Positions 1 through 9,536 of a DNA stretch of 63,249 nt are shown piece by piece. Numbering within the stretch: the first letter of the stretch is position 1; each line of letters opens with the position of its first letter. The notes under the pieces were generated by a model. It made no database searches and had not been told where the DNA came from. It worked only from the letters and a program-made list of their open reading frames with translations. The DNA is from Deltaproteobacteria bacterium (lineage in GTDB: Bacteria; Myxococcota_A; UBA9160; SMWR01), in the NCBI GenBank assembly GCA_032128375.1, contig JAQBGU010000050.1, positions 1 through 63,249 of the forward strand, read 5' to 3'. Both the position numbers and the translations under genes were made by a program.

Positions 1-1026
1 CCTAACCATGTCGTCGATCTTGTGGTTCGCGGCGCTCTTGTTCCCCGACGCCGCCTGGGGGGCGGGGCTCGCGCGCCCCCCGCTTCCGGTTCTCCCGCGA
101 GGTCGGGTTCCCTTGATCGGTCGACTCTCCACGCGGCGTTCGCCGTCCAACTTCAAGAATCGCTCTGGCGAGCTGCTGAGTACCGACACTTCCGGCAATT
201 CGAAGTAGCCCGCGAACGGCGCCGGGTTGACGCTCCTCAGGCGCAGATAGAGTTCCCACGGCTGCGCTGGACAATCGCGTTCGCTGCGATAGGTGAGGCA
301 CGCCTGGTATACCTCACCCGCTTCGATTTCTTTTTTCGCGGCGCTGACGGCCTTCGCGTAGCTGTGTTCGTCGAAGAACGCGAAGCGTTCTCGGGCATCG
401 GCGCACACCCGGTCAACCGGTTCGTGATTGGGTGGCTCTCGGTGAGCGCGTTCGACAGCCGTGGAACAGGCGCGCTCAGCGGATTTCGCAGCGGAATCAA
501 GATCGTCGGCGAAGCCGAGCCCACAGGCATAGTACTTCCCGTCCGTCGCATCATGCGCGATGAGCGAATCGACGAAGAGCAGGTAGAGATCCGGCAGATC
601 CAGGTCGTCCAACCCAGTGAATTTGTGCTTCTCGAATTGCGCCGCCAGTTCGTACCCCAAATAGCCGACAGCGCCGCCGATGAACGGGAGACTCGTATCG
701 ACAGATTCTGGTGCGCTTGGAAGAAGCGAGCCGACTACCTCGAGGGGATCACCCATGACCCGCTGGGATCCGACTTCGAGGCCCGCGTGTACAGCTCGGA
801 CACATTGCAATTCGGCGACGGCTCCGCGCGCACGAACCACCAGGTAGGGATCGGCTCCGACGAACGAAAACCGCCCCAGGCGGTGCGTGGCGAGCGCGCT
901 GTCGAGCCACCAGAAATGCGAGTCCCCCCGGAGTGCCGCTGCGATTTCGACGATCGACCGGTTGGTCGACATGACTCGAACGGCGCAGGCCGTCTTCAGA
1001 CAAGTTGCGTAGCGGGTGGACTCCAC
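1..1026 (-). CDS. pabB: Aminodeoxychorismate synthase component I (anthranilate synthase component I family), 3' end truncated by the window edge
   Basis: Manual minus-strand translation (absent from the ORF track because there is no stop in the window): WLDSA..GRFSFVGADP, PFIGGAVGYLGYE, GEVYQACLT, NPAPFAGY, SSSPERFL, SRPIKGTRPRG. Start is GTG 1026 or ATG 972. Confidence 0.85.
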   Translation of the reverse strand, partial: MESTRYATCLKTACAVRVMSTNRSIVEIAAALRGDSHFWWLDSALATHRLGRFSFVGADPYLVVRARGAVAELQCVRAVHAGLEVGSQRVMGDPLEVVGSLLPSAPESVDTSLPFIGGAVGYLGYELAAQFEKHKFTGLDDLDLPDLYLLFVDSLIAHDATDGKYYACGLGFADDLDSAAKSAERACSTAVERAHREPPNHEPVDRVCADARERFAFFDEHSYAKAVSAAKKEIEAGEVYQACLTYRSERDCPAQPWELYLRLRSVNPAPFAGYFELPEVSVLSSSPERFLKLDGERRVESRPIKGTRPRGRTGSGGRASPAPQAASGNKSAANHKIDDMVR

Positions 1027-1121
1027 GGCAGGCAAGCTACCGCAGCGTACGCATGGCGTGCGGCAGTTTTCGAAGTGCAAGATCGCGTCCACTCAAATGG
1101 ACCTGAGCTACGCTGCGCGCC

Positions 1122-1973
1122 ATGAAGCGAAACCTCATCTATCACGCCGGATGTCCCGACGGATTCGGCGCTGCCTGGTCGGCACGTCAGGCCTGGGGGA
1201 CGGACGGCCGCTACATCCCACGCAGCCACGAAGACGACTTCGATCCCGACCCTTTCGAGGACGAACTCGTCGTCATTGCAGACATCTCGCTTTCCAACGA
1301 GCAGCTGCGCGCACTCGGAGAAGTGGCAGGCAACTTGTGCGTATTGGATCACCACCTGACGGCTCGCGATCATTACGCATCGGACCCGGGTGTGGAAAAC
1401 ACGCTGAGCGCGCAGGGCCATCGCGTTCACTTCGACCTCGGTCATTCTGGAGCGATCCTTGCCTGGAATTACTTCCACCCGGACGTGGAGCCGCCCGACC
1501 TGCTGCGATACGTCGAAGACCAGGACCTCTGGAACTGGAGCCTCCCCAGCTCCCAGGAGATCAACGCAGCAATCGGCTCGTACGCGCGGAGCTTCGAATG
1601 CTGGGACGAACTCGCTGCGCGACCGATCGAGAGTCTGGCTGACGAAGGGCGACCGATCGTGCGTGCAAACGAAATGGAGGTCGAGCGAGCCGTCAGATTC
1701 GCCCATCCCATCGCTATCGGAAAAGAGCGAATCGAAGCCGTCAATGCCGGCCAACCTCGCGCCGCGATCGGTCATGCACTCGCAAAACGTTCGGCCTATG
1801 GGAAGCCGTGGGGGATCGTGTATCGCCTGTGCGGGAGCCGAGTCGATTGCACGATCTACTCGCTCGACGAACTCGACGCATCCGCGATCGCCACACGCTT
1901 CGGTGGCGGGGGGCATCGCAACGCGGCCGGGTTCAGCGTCTCGCTTCGCGCGTGGCTGGAAGACTTCGTATAA
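1122..1973 (+). CDS. DHH/DHHA1 family phosphoesterase
   Basis: Motifs YH..CPDG, LDHH and C-terminal GGGGHRNAAG. Confidence 0.85.
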   Translation: MKRNLIYHAGCPDGFGAAWSARQAWGTDGRYIPRSHEDDFDPDPFEDELVVIADISLSNEQLRALGEVAGNLCVLDHHLTARDHYASDPGVENTLSAQGHRVHFDLGHSGAILAWNYFHPDVEPPDLLRYVEDQDLWNWSLPSSQEINAAIGSYARSFECWDELAARPIESLADEGRPIVRANEMEVERAVRFAHPIAIGKERIEAVNAGQPRAAIGHALAKRSAYGKPWGIVYRLCGSRVDCTIYSLDELDASAIATRFGGGGHRNAAGFSVSLRAWLEDFV

Positions 1974-2076
1974 GCAGGAAGCTTGTTGCCAATTCGATGA
2001 TCTCGAACCAGGAGTCCGACCCAAAACGGGTCGGGCGACGACGTGGAAGCCCCGCCGCGCAGCCGCGAACGCGCAT

Positions 2077-2361
2077 CTATTTGGAGGCGGTCCACTGGCC
2101 GGGTGTGAGAGTTCGCATCGATAGAGCGTGGATCTCGCTGCCCATCGCGTCTTCGAGAGCCTCGAAAACAAGGCGCTGGCGCTGGACCGGCGTTCGGCCC
2201 TCGAACCGGGTCGAAACTACCACCGCGCGGAAGTGACCGCCGCCGTCTCGCGCCCCGACATGGCCGGCGTGGAGATGGCTCTCATCAATCACGTCCACGT
2301 GAATCGCCGCGAGACGCTCGCGGAGTTCCTTTTCGATGCGCGCGCGGCGCTCTTCGGACAC
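2077..2361 (-). CDS. bolA: BolA family protein
   Basis: DESHLHAGH..GGGHF, RQRLVF, IHALS motifs. Start is probably GTG 2361 (ORF track starts at 2397). Confidence 0.9.
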   Translation of the reverse strand: MSEERRARIEKELRERLAAIHVDVIDESHLHAGHVGARDGGGHFRAVVVSTRFEGRTPVQRQRLVFEALEDAMGSEIHALSMRTLTPGQWTASK

Positions 2362-2537
2362 AGTATCAATCCTCGCTCGGGCTGGGGAGTCGCACAAGGG
2401 GAGCCCGCCACGAGAGTTGGCGGTTGTTCTGTTCTGTGCGCGCTTCGATCACAGCCAGGTGCCGAGCGACGCGTCCCCGGTCGACGTCTGGCTGAGACGA
2501 GCGGGTCAGCCTTTCGACCGACCCGCTCGAAACCGAA

Positions 2538-3026
2538 TCACGACGCGGTGATCGGAATGCTGCGCACCGTGTGCTGCTCCTCGGCCGGCTTGGGTACGCG
2601 TACTTCGAGCACGCCGTTTTTGTACGATGCCTCGAGCTTGTCGGCGTCGACTTCCCATCCGAGACGGAACCTCCGCTCGAAGCGGCCACTCGAACGTTCG
2701 ACTCGGTGGTACTGATCGGCAGCGGCGGGCACCGCCTGCTTTTCGCCCTTGATGATCAACACATCGGAGTCGACAAGAACCTCGAATTCATTTTGGTCGA
2801 GGCCAGGTAGCTCGACACTGAAGCGCAGCTCCTGTTCCGACTCTGAGACATTCACCTTCGGGGCAAACCCCTGTTGTGTTGACCGCACGGGGCTCGTGGT
2901 GCGCCACGCGTCACCAAAGAGCCGATCGAGCGAGCCGACATTGAAGGCGGCGTTCCAGTCGGAATGAAACGGAGTAGAGGCTAGTCGCCGAACGGACCGG
3001 CGGGGATCGATCAGATGCGTTGTCAT
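2538..3026 (-). CDS. Hsp20/alpha-crystallin small heat shock protein
   Basis: P.VNV.E, VELPG, ERSSGRFERRF, ASYKNGVLEV motifs. SD AAGGAG upstream. Confidence 0.92.
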   Translation of the reverse strand: MTTHLIDPRRSVRRLASTPFHSDWNAAFNVGSLDRLFGDAWRTTSPVRSTQQGFAPKVNVSESEQELRFSVELPGLDQNEFEVLVDSDVLIIKGEKQAVPAAADQYHRVERSSGRFERRFRLGWEVDADKLEASYKNGVLEVRVPKPAEEQHTVRSIPITAS

Positions 3027-3196
3027 GACAATTCTCCTTCGAATAATGCAGCGCCAGCCGCTGGTTCGCGATTGGGGCGGCGACGGGAGAAATCGTGGTC
3101 ACCACGAAACCAGAGTCAAGCCCCGAGCACACAGCGGCCTGGTAACCGAGTCGATGCCCGTCGTTCCGAAGTCTCGGCAGGGTAAACATTTTCCCA

Positions 3197-3300
3197 GGAC
3201 TGCTTCCAAGGACTGCTTCCAAGGTATGCTTCCAAGGGCTGCGGCGAAGCGCGATCTCCAGGGGCTGTACCCAAGGCCTGCTTCCAGTGGGTGTTCCAGC
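3197..3300. repeat. Degenerate 13-bp tandem repeat (about 8 units, consensus GGNCTGCTTCCAA)
   Basis: Units ggactgcttccaa x2, ggtatgcttccaa, gggctgcggcgaa, gcgcgatctccag, gggctgtacccaa, ggcctgcttccag, tgggtgttccagc, lying in the hsp20/waaF divergent intergenic region. Confidence 0.75.
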
Positions 3301-3407
3301 CGGCTATGCTCACTTGCGATCCTCTTGCTGGTAACGAGAATGAGACGAAGCTCGGGGCCGAGCGTTTTTCTGCATGACAAGCTGTCGCTTGGCTTGTTCG
3401 ACTTCCG

Positions 3408-4553
3408 GTGCCAACGATCGTCGCGGCGGTTCTCATGATGACGCACCCGACTCCAACCATGTCTTCCGATGCTCCGCCTTTGGTTGTACCTGCCGAACGC
3501 ATTCTCGTGCGAATTCCGACCTGGGTGGGTGACGCCGTGATGGCGACACCGTGTTTGCGCGCGCTGCGCGACGCTTACCCTGATGCCGAAATTACGCTCG
3601 AGGGGCGGCCGAGTCTGGAGGGACTGCTCAGCGGGCTGCGGTCGTTCGATCGATTCGAGGCCGATCCGGGTCGCGGCGCGGCTGCGCTGTTGCGACGCGT
3701 GCGATACCTGCGCGAACAGCGATTCGATCTGGCCGTGATGCTGCCCGATTCGCCCCGTTCGGCGCTGGGGCCGTTCATCGCTCGAATTCCGCAGCGGGTG
3801 GGATACACGCGGGACCCGCTGCGTCATCTGCTGTTGACGCGGCGATTGCGGCACATCGAACACCAGGGTCGACGCAGCGTGGTCCCTTCGGTCGAACGCT
3901 ATCTCGAAATCACTCGCCAGCTCGGATGCGAAGACCGGGGCACGGAACTCGAGCTCGCCGTGTCGCCGGAGTCGAATGAGCGCGTGTCGGCTCTGTTGAT
4001 TCGACACGCTGTCTCGCTGGAGCAGCCACTGCTGGTCGTCACGCCGGGCGCCGCCTTCGGTGCCAGCAAGCTGTGGCCGACCGAGCACTTCGCGAATGCG
4101 TGCGACAGCATCTCTTCGGAGCTGGGGCTGCTCCCGGTTCTATCACCGGGTCCAGGTGAGTTCGAGATTGCAAGCCAGATTGCCGAACAGATGTCTGAGC
4201 GTTCGATCAATCTCGTCGACGGCGACGCTACGTTGGAAGACCTGAAGGCACTGATTGCGCGATGCACTCTGTTGTTGTCCAACGACACGGGGCCGCGACA
4301 CATAGCGGTAGCGCTGCAGAGGCCGTGTGTAATCGTGATGGGTCCGACCCATCCGATCCACACTGCGCTTCATCTGGAGAACCAGCGAGTCCTGAGGAAC
4401 CCGGTCGCCTGCAGCCCGTGTCAGTTGAAAGTCTGCCCAACGGATCACCGCTGTATGACGCAGCTCGAACCCCAGCGCGCGTTGTCAGCCGCACGAGAGC
4501 TCTTGCGCCAGCACAGATCTCGAGACGCCCAGCTTCTCCCACTCATCAAGTAA
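3408..4553 (+). CDS. waaF: GT9 family glycosyltransferase, LPS heptosyltransferase II-like
   Basis: PTWVGDAVMATP, PGAAFGASKLWP, SNDTGPRHIA, GPT and CSPC..KVCP motifs. True start may be 3436-3460. Confidence 0.8.
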   Translation: MPTIVAAVLMMTHPTPTMSSDAPPLVVPAERILVRIPTWVGDAVMATPCLRALRDAYPDAEITLEGRPSLEGLLSGLRSFDRFEADPGRGAAALLRRVRYLREQRFDLAVMLPDSPRSALGPFIARIPQRVGYTRDPLRHLLLTRRLRHIEHQGRRSVVPSVERYLEITRQLGCEDRGTELELAVSPESNERVSALLIRHAVSLEQPLLVVTPGAAFGASKLWPTEHFANACDSISSELGLLPVLSPGPGEFEIASQIAEQMSERSINLVDGDATLEDLKALIARCTLLLSNDTGPRHIAVALQRPCVIVMGPTHPIHTALHLENQRVLRNPVACSPCQLKVCPTDHRCMTQLEPQRALSAARELLRQHRSRDAQLLPLIK

Positions 4554-4567
4554 CGAGAAACCGCCAC

Positions 4568-4595
4568 TCAAGCGCCTGTCGTGTTCGTCCGATTC
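4568..4595 (+). promoter_or_regulatory. Sigma28/FliA-like promoter upstream of the histidine kinase
   Basis: TCAAG-N15-TCCGATTC. The same geometry recurs at three other gene starts in the window. Confidence 0.5.
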
Positions 4596-4658
4596 GCCTT
4601 CGGGGTATGCCCGGCATTTGCCCAATACTGGCACCGGGATGTTCCAAGGGGATTCGCT

Positions 4659-6452
4659 GTGGTGCACCCCTATCTGCTGCTGGTCTCACTTTCGTGCCTG
4701 GTGTGCGCGGCTTGCGCCGGCTGTGTGTTCGCGACACAACCCCACCGTCGTTCGAATCAAGTTGCGGGACTGCTGCTTCTGGGCATCGCATTCTGGGCGA
4801 TGTGCGAGGTGGCCTGGAATCTCGCGACCGACCACGACACCGCATTGTTCCTGGTGCGTCTGGCAACGATTGGATGGGTCTACATCGGCCCCCTGATTCT
4901 CCAGCTCGCGATCTCGTCGCTTGCACCTGCAGACAAGGTACTGCGCAAAGCGGTTCAGGTGTTGTACGGCACATCGACGCTCGTCCTCGTCCTCGCCTGC
5001 ACGTCACCGCTCATCACGCCAGACGTGGTCGCGACCAGCTGGGGCTGGGGCTACACCGTCGGACCGGTTTTCCTGGCCTCATATGGTCTCACCATGGTCG
5101 CGATCTTCACGGCTCTGTACCTGGTCGCTCGAGACTATCGAAACCATCGCTCGCCTGCGGAACGACGCCAGGGCCCCTGGATCGCGGTCGGGACCGCGTT
5201 CCCGCTTTGTTTGTGCGCGACGACCGACGTGATCCTGCCTGCGCTCGAAATCCAGGTGCCGCGGCTGGGAACCACCTCCTTTGCGATCATGGGAATCTTG
5301 GCGGTCGGGACTCTGCTGCGGTTCGGCTATTCGTTCTTGACCCCCGGTAGCTTCGCCCATGAAATTCTGGCCGGGCTTCCCGAAGGAGTCGCGCTGGTTC
5401 AACAGGACGAGCGGATCAGCTCGGCCAATCCGTCGCTCGCTCGGCTCGCTGGCTATTCGAACGACGAAATGTCGGGAATGGCGATATCCGAGATCTTGAC
5501 CATCGAGTCAGAGGATCCCGCAGCCAACGACGGCGGATCTGTGCTGATTCGTGCTGCAAGTGAGAATTTCGAATGCGTGTTGGTGTGCGCGTCGGGTGAT
5601 TTGATACCGGTTACCGTGTCATCGTCGGTACTACGCGATCGACAGAATTTCCCGATTGGGATCGTCATTGTGGTTCGAGATCAGCGTCTGGTAGCCGACC
5701 TGCGCAGCCGATTGGTCACATCGGCACGGCTGGCCGCGGTCGGAGAACTCGCCGCCGGTATCGCCCACGAGATCAACAACCCGATCTCGTTTATCCGGAC
5801 CAACATCAGCCTGCTCCAGGGGCATTGGAAGACGATCGGAGCCGAATTCGATCGGCTTCCAGATGCGCAGGACTTCACCGAATTGTTTCGCGAGGGCCAG
5901 GAAATGCTCGAGGAATCTCTCGATGGGGTCAGTCGCGCTGCAGAGATCGTTCGGGGCGTCCAAGGGTTTTCACACACTGGCACCGGAAAGCGGGAGCATG
6001 CCGATCTCAATATTCTGCTCGAAGACGTTCTCCACATGGCATCCACTCAGTTGCGCGGGAGTGCAACACTGGAGCGGGTCTACGACGACCTTCCGCCAGT
6101 CCAATGTGTGCCCCAGGAACTCAAACAGGTGTTCTTGAACTTGATCGTCAATGCCGCTCATGCAATCGAAGAATACGGCACGATTCGGGTTCGCACCGAG
6201 GCGTTCAGCCAGACAGTCGAAGTGTGCGTCGAAGACGACGGCTGCGGGATCGAACCCGAAATCATGGACCGGGTATTCGACCCGTTCTTCACGACCAAAC
6301 GGGTTGGGGACGGCACTGGACTGGGGCTCGGAATCGCCTACCAAATCGTGCGCCGCCACGGGGGCGAGATCTCTGTGAGTTCAAAGGCGGGTTCGGGAAC
6401 GATCTTCCGGGTACTACTGCCGATAGAATCCGGTTCGCCGGATTCGATCTGA
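4659..6452 (+). CDS. Sensor histidine kinase (7TM N-terminal region, PAS, HisKA, HATPase)
   Basis: Multiple TM helices, a PAS-like segment, H-box ELAAGIAHEINNP, N box NLIVNA, G boxes DDGCG, FDPFFTTK and GTGLGL. Start GTG 4659/4662 follows SD-like AAGGGGA. Confidence 0.9.
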   Translation: MVHPYLLLVSLSCLVCAACAGCVFATQPHRRSNQVAGLLLLGIAFWAMCEVAWNLATDHDTALFLVRLATIGWVYIGPLILQLAISSLAPADKVLRKAVQVLYGTSTLVLVLACTSPLITPDVVATSWGWGYTVGPVFLASYGLTMVAIFTALYLVARDYRNHRSPAERRQGPWIAVGTAFPLCLCATTDVILPALEIQVPRLGTTSFAIMGILAVGTLLRFGYSFLTPGSFAHEILAGLPEGVALVQQDERISSANPSLARLAGYSNDEMSGMAISEILTIESEDPAANDGGSVLIRAASENFECVLVCASGDLIPVTVSSSVLRDRQNFPIGIVIVVRDQRLVADLRSRLVTSARLAAVGELAAGIAHEINNPISFIRTNISLLQGHWKTIGAEFDRLPDAQDFTELFREGQEMLEESLDGVSRAAEIVRGVQGFSHTGTGKREHADLNILLEDVLHMASTQLRGSATLERVYDDLPPVQCVPQELKQVFLNLIVNAAHAIEEYGTIRVRTEAFSQTVEVCVEDDGCGIEPEIMDRVFDPFFTTKRVGDGTGLGLGIAYQIVRRHGGEISVSSKAGSGTIFRVLLPIESGSPDSI

Positions 6453-6616
6453 GTTTCTTTCGCGAAGGGTGAGTGCTTCACAGGAATGCTCATCGGCTGG
6501 CCGATTGATAGGTAACAAGACAGATCGCTCGAGAGCTTGGATCCCCGAGTGTGGACCAGCAGCTGGGAACCCAGGCGAGAGCACGCCGATCCTGACACAG
6601 GACTGGCGCGGAACTC

Positions 6617-7354
6617 CTAGAAAACGACGGCCCCTGCGAGCTTCTGGAGTTCGTTCGGCTGCTGGATTACGATGTATCCCTTCTCGACCCGGACCATTCC
6701 CTGTTCGACCCACAGCCGAACCTGCTTGTTGATGCTCTCGCGCGTCGCCCCGACGAGATCACCCCACTCCTCCTGGGACAGTTTCAGATCGACGCGAACC
6801 CCCCCTTCCACAGTCTGCCCATACAGCCGAGCCAGCGCGTGGAGCTTCTTGGCCAACCGCAATGGAAGATTCAAGAAGAGCGTGTCTTCGACGAGTTCAC
6901 TGACCTGTTTGAGGCGCAGCGCCAGCACTTGCAGCAGATTTGCCGAAATGTCCGGGTGCGTGACGAGAAACGCCATGAAGTCGCGGCGGTCGATCACCAA
7001 TAGTTCGCAGGCCTCGATTGCCGATACCGTCGCGGTTCTTTGAATTCCGCCGAGCAAGGCGACCTCACCGAACACCTCACCGGGGCCCAGGATGCTGAAA
7101 ACGACGTCGTCGCCGCCAATCGACGTCGTGAGCGCCTTGAGCTTGCCTTTGATGACGATAAAGACCTGTCTTCCGTCGTCTCCCTTGTGGAATAGCTCTT
7201 CCTTGCGCTTCAGGGTTTTGGTCCGGACCACCTCGCAAATTCCCAGTAGTTGCTGCTCGTCGAGACCGTCGAACAGCTCGACTTTGCGGAGTAACTCCAG
7301 TCTCTTGGCGGGGGTCACGGGCACCCCTGAAGCATACACCGAAAGCACCAGCAA
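6617..7354 (-). CDS. Crp/Fnr family transcriptional regulator
   Basis: cNMP-binding domain (GEVALL..RTAT) and HTH (SQEEWGDLVGATRESINK). Confidence 0.9.
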   Translation of the reverse strand: MLVLSVYASGVPVTPAKRLELLRKVELFDGLDEQQLLGICEVVRTKTLKRKEELFHKGDDGRQVFIVIKGKLKALTTSIGGDDVVFSILGPGEVFGEVALLGGIQRTATVSAIEACELLVIDRRDFMAFLVTHPDISANLLQVLALRLKQVSELVEDTLFLNLPLRLAKKLHALARLYGQTVEGGVRVDLKLSQEEWGDLVGATRESINKQVRLWVEQGMVRVEKGYIVIQQPNELQKLAGAVVF

Positions 7355-7408
7355 CGAAGTCGGGTGCGATCCCGCTCAGACTGGCGAATCCCTTTGCTGA
7401 ACCCGGAC

Positions 7409-8027
7409 ATGTCGAAGCCGGAATCGTGGAACACAGAGATCGCGCCTTTTGTCCCGCCGAGATCGCTCGACCCGCGCTGCATTCGAACGGGCTCGGCTAC
7501 TGAGTCCTACCGGTCGCCACTCGCGGCCGCTTCGATGACGACAGCTGGGAGCCCGACATCCGGATCGTCGACTTACAACACCTGAATCGAGTTCCGGCCG
7601 AGCCCAACAGCCGCGAATTGCGATCGTGGTGCTGACCGGCTCTTGGCCGTCGTCGTGCCACGACTCCAGGATCGTGGCGAGCATCCCTCGTCCGGTGACG
7701 CTCGAGCGGCTGTATCCGATTCTGCAAGATGCGTTGGAAGAGCACCCGAGGTGCACCCCGTGAGCCGAGAATCAAATCCAGGCGCGCTGCATCCACGCAG
7801 ACAGACGCTGGGTCGGAGCCGTGGTTTCGCTGTCCCGGGCAGGCTGTTCGTTTCGAAGCAGCGAGGCTATGGCCAACGGACTGGAACTGAACATGCTCCT
7901 CCCGCTCCCCCTGGGGAGAATGGTATCCAGCCGGGTTCGCGTGGTCGGCCACTACGGAGATTGGGTCGGGATGGAGTTCACTTGCTCGCCGGAAACGGTC
8001 CGCAACGCCGTTGGAGGGAGTGCGTAG
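7409..8027 (+). pseudogene. Disrupted PilZ-domain protein gene
   Basis: Protein-like reading continues across three frames, with TGA at 7501 (GLGY*VLP) and 7761 (EHPRCTP*, the second Arg of RxxxR) and frameshifts near 7485 and 7600. The distal part has SLSRAG and VGMEF, typical of PilZ. Confidence 0.65.
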
Positions 8028-8151
8028 AGGTCCGACCAGCCACTCACCAGAACGCGCCATAGCAACTGCCAGGCCTTCGGGCTCAGCGGGATCGAACCGC
8101 GAAGCACGCACCTGCGTACTACCTTCGATTCGCGCCCGACAGGAGTTCCAC

Positions 8152-8532
8152 ATGACCTATCAGAGCGACTTTCATGACACCCCTGACACCCATGACACCC
8201 ATGACACCGATCTCGACCCCCACGTTGAACGAGTCGAGCTCGATCGCGGAGAGACCGGGGTTCGCATTCTTTACGCACTCGTGTTCTACGTGATCGCCAA
8301 TATCGCACAAGGCGTGCTGACCGTTATCATCATGTTCGAACTGGGATTCGCGCTGATTACGCAGCGAGAGCCCGGATCCGAAATCAGGCGCTTCGCCAAC
8401 CAGACCATCAGCTACCTCGTCCGAATCGGCCGCTACCTGACGTATAACGACGCGATCCCGCCGTTTCCGTTCAGGGAATTCCCGGCAGAACTCGATCTCA
8501 CCAAGCCGCTGGGCGGTCCAGATCGCGGCTGA
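8152..8532 (+). CDS. DUF4389 family membrane protein
   Basis: Two TM helices followed by RYLTYND..PFPF. SD AGGAG before ATG 8152. N-terminal HDT repeats from a 9-bp tandem. Confidence 0.75.
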   Translation: MTYQSDFHDTPDTHDTHDTDLDPHVERVELDRGETGVRILYALVFYVIANIAQGVLTVIIMFELGFALITQREPGSEIRRFANQTISYLVRIGRYLTYNDAIPPFPFREFPAELDLTKPLGGPDRG

Positions 8533-8594
8533 CGAGCCGGGTCGACGACTTCGGCGGACATCCGGGCGGGCTCGCGAACAGACGCTTCGAAGCG

Positions 8595-9536
8595 TCACAC
8601 CCGATCGTCAGCGTGTGCGATGGGAAGCACCTCGTCGATCAAGCGGCGTGTCTGGTCCATGAAATCCTGGTCGTCGCTGGCCATCGGTCTTAGAACGAAC
8701 TTCGACACGCCCGCGGCCTTGTACTGCTCGATGCGGTCCAGAATGGCTCGTGCGTCACCCACGGCCAAGTAGTCGCGCGGATCAAGTTTCGGAGCAAAGC
8801 GCAGGAGTCCTCGGGCACTGCGATCGACAGGCGAATCGTCCCAGCTGCCGAAGCGAAAGGCAAAACCCGCACCGTAGTGATCGGTATCGATCGACCTTCC
8901 CAGTAGGCGTGCGGCCTTCGCGATTCCTTCAATGACCGGCGCGACTTCGCCCGGAGTCTGGATCCCCGCCAACCAACCCGTACCGATTCGGGCGGTTCGG
9001 CGAATCGCCGCGGGACTGCTGCCGCCGATCCACAGTGGGAGTTTCTTCTGAACCGGGCGCGGCGAGATACTCGCATTGGTGTAGGAGAAGTACTTGCCGT
9101 GAAACGTCACCTGCTCCTCATCCCATAGGCGGCTCATGACCTCGAGCGCCTCATCGGCACGGGCGCCGCGATTGGAACTCGACCACTGCGTCGCGGAAAA
9201 TTCCGGCGCAACCGCCGTGCCGACACCGAATGCTGGCAACAAGCGGCCATCACTCAAGAAATCAATCGTCGCGCACTGTTTGGCTAGCACCAGCGGGTCG
9301 CGAAATGTCACGACAGTGACGTTCATCCCGAACTTCAAGCGCTCGGTCGCGCCCGCCACAGCCGCCATCGCGCTGATCGATTCGAGAAACGGCTCTCGCG
9401 ACACCAGCCGATCGGTCTGCCAGAACGAGTCGATCCCGCTCTCCTCGCACAACTGAATCCAATGCCAGAAGCTTTTTGGACCCTCGAGCGAGAAGTTCGC
9501 GAGCCCGAGTCCCAATCGGACGTTGCGCGACGTCAC
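8595..9536 (-). CDS. LLM class flavin-dependent oxidoreductase
   Basis: AGATERLKFG, RDPLVLAKQCATIDFLSDGRL and PLWIGGSS motifs. Confidence 0.88.
   Translation of the reverse strand: MTSRNVRLGLGLANFSLEGPKSFWHWIQLCEESGIDSFWQTDRLVSREPFLESISAMAAVAGATERLKFGMNVTVVTFRDPLVLAKQCATIDFLSDGRLLPAFGVGTAVAPEFSATQWSSSNRGARADEALEVMSRLWDEEQVTFHGKYFSYTNASISPRPVQKKLPLWIGGSSPAAIRRTARIGTGWLAGIQTPGEVAPVIEGIAKAARLLGRSIDTDHYGAGFAFRFGSWDDSPVDRSARGLLRFAPKLDPRDYLAVGDARAILDRIEQYKAAGVSKFVLRPMASDDQDFMDQTRRLIDEVLPIAHADDRV

Noticed and set aside
22..1125. 367-aa plus-strand ORF
   Set aside because: Antisense shadow of pabB, which carries clear family motifs on the minus strand.
996..2171. 391-aa minus-strand ORF and many similar long overlapping ORFs (e.g. 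3099-4088, 15851-17104, 27962-28951, 38746-39891, 58608-59666)
   Set aside because: Shadow ORFs of recognisable genes, expected in GC-rich DNA, with no motifs of their own.
3197..3300. Possible CRISPR array
   Set aside because: Units are 13 bp, contiguous and degenerate, with no unique spacers and no cas genes.
7501..7763. In-frame TGA codons as selenocysteine or recoding
   Set aside because: Context calls for Arg (CGA->TGA), frameshifts accompany them, and TGA is used as a normal stop elsewhere in the window.
8172..8209. 9-bp tandem repeat (HDT); similarly a 12-bp repeat (QTVK) at about 28074-28098
   Set aside because: Short in-frame microduplications in N-terminal tails with no evident function.
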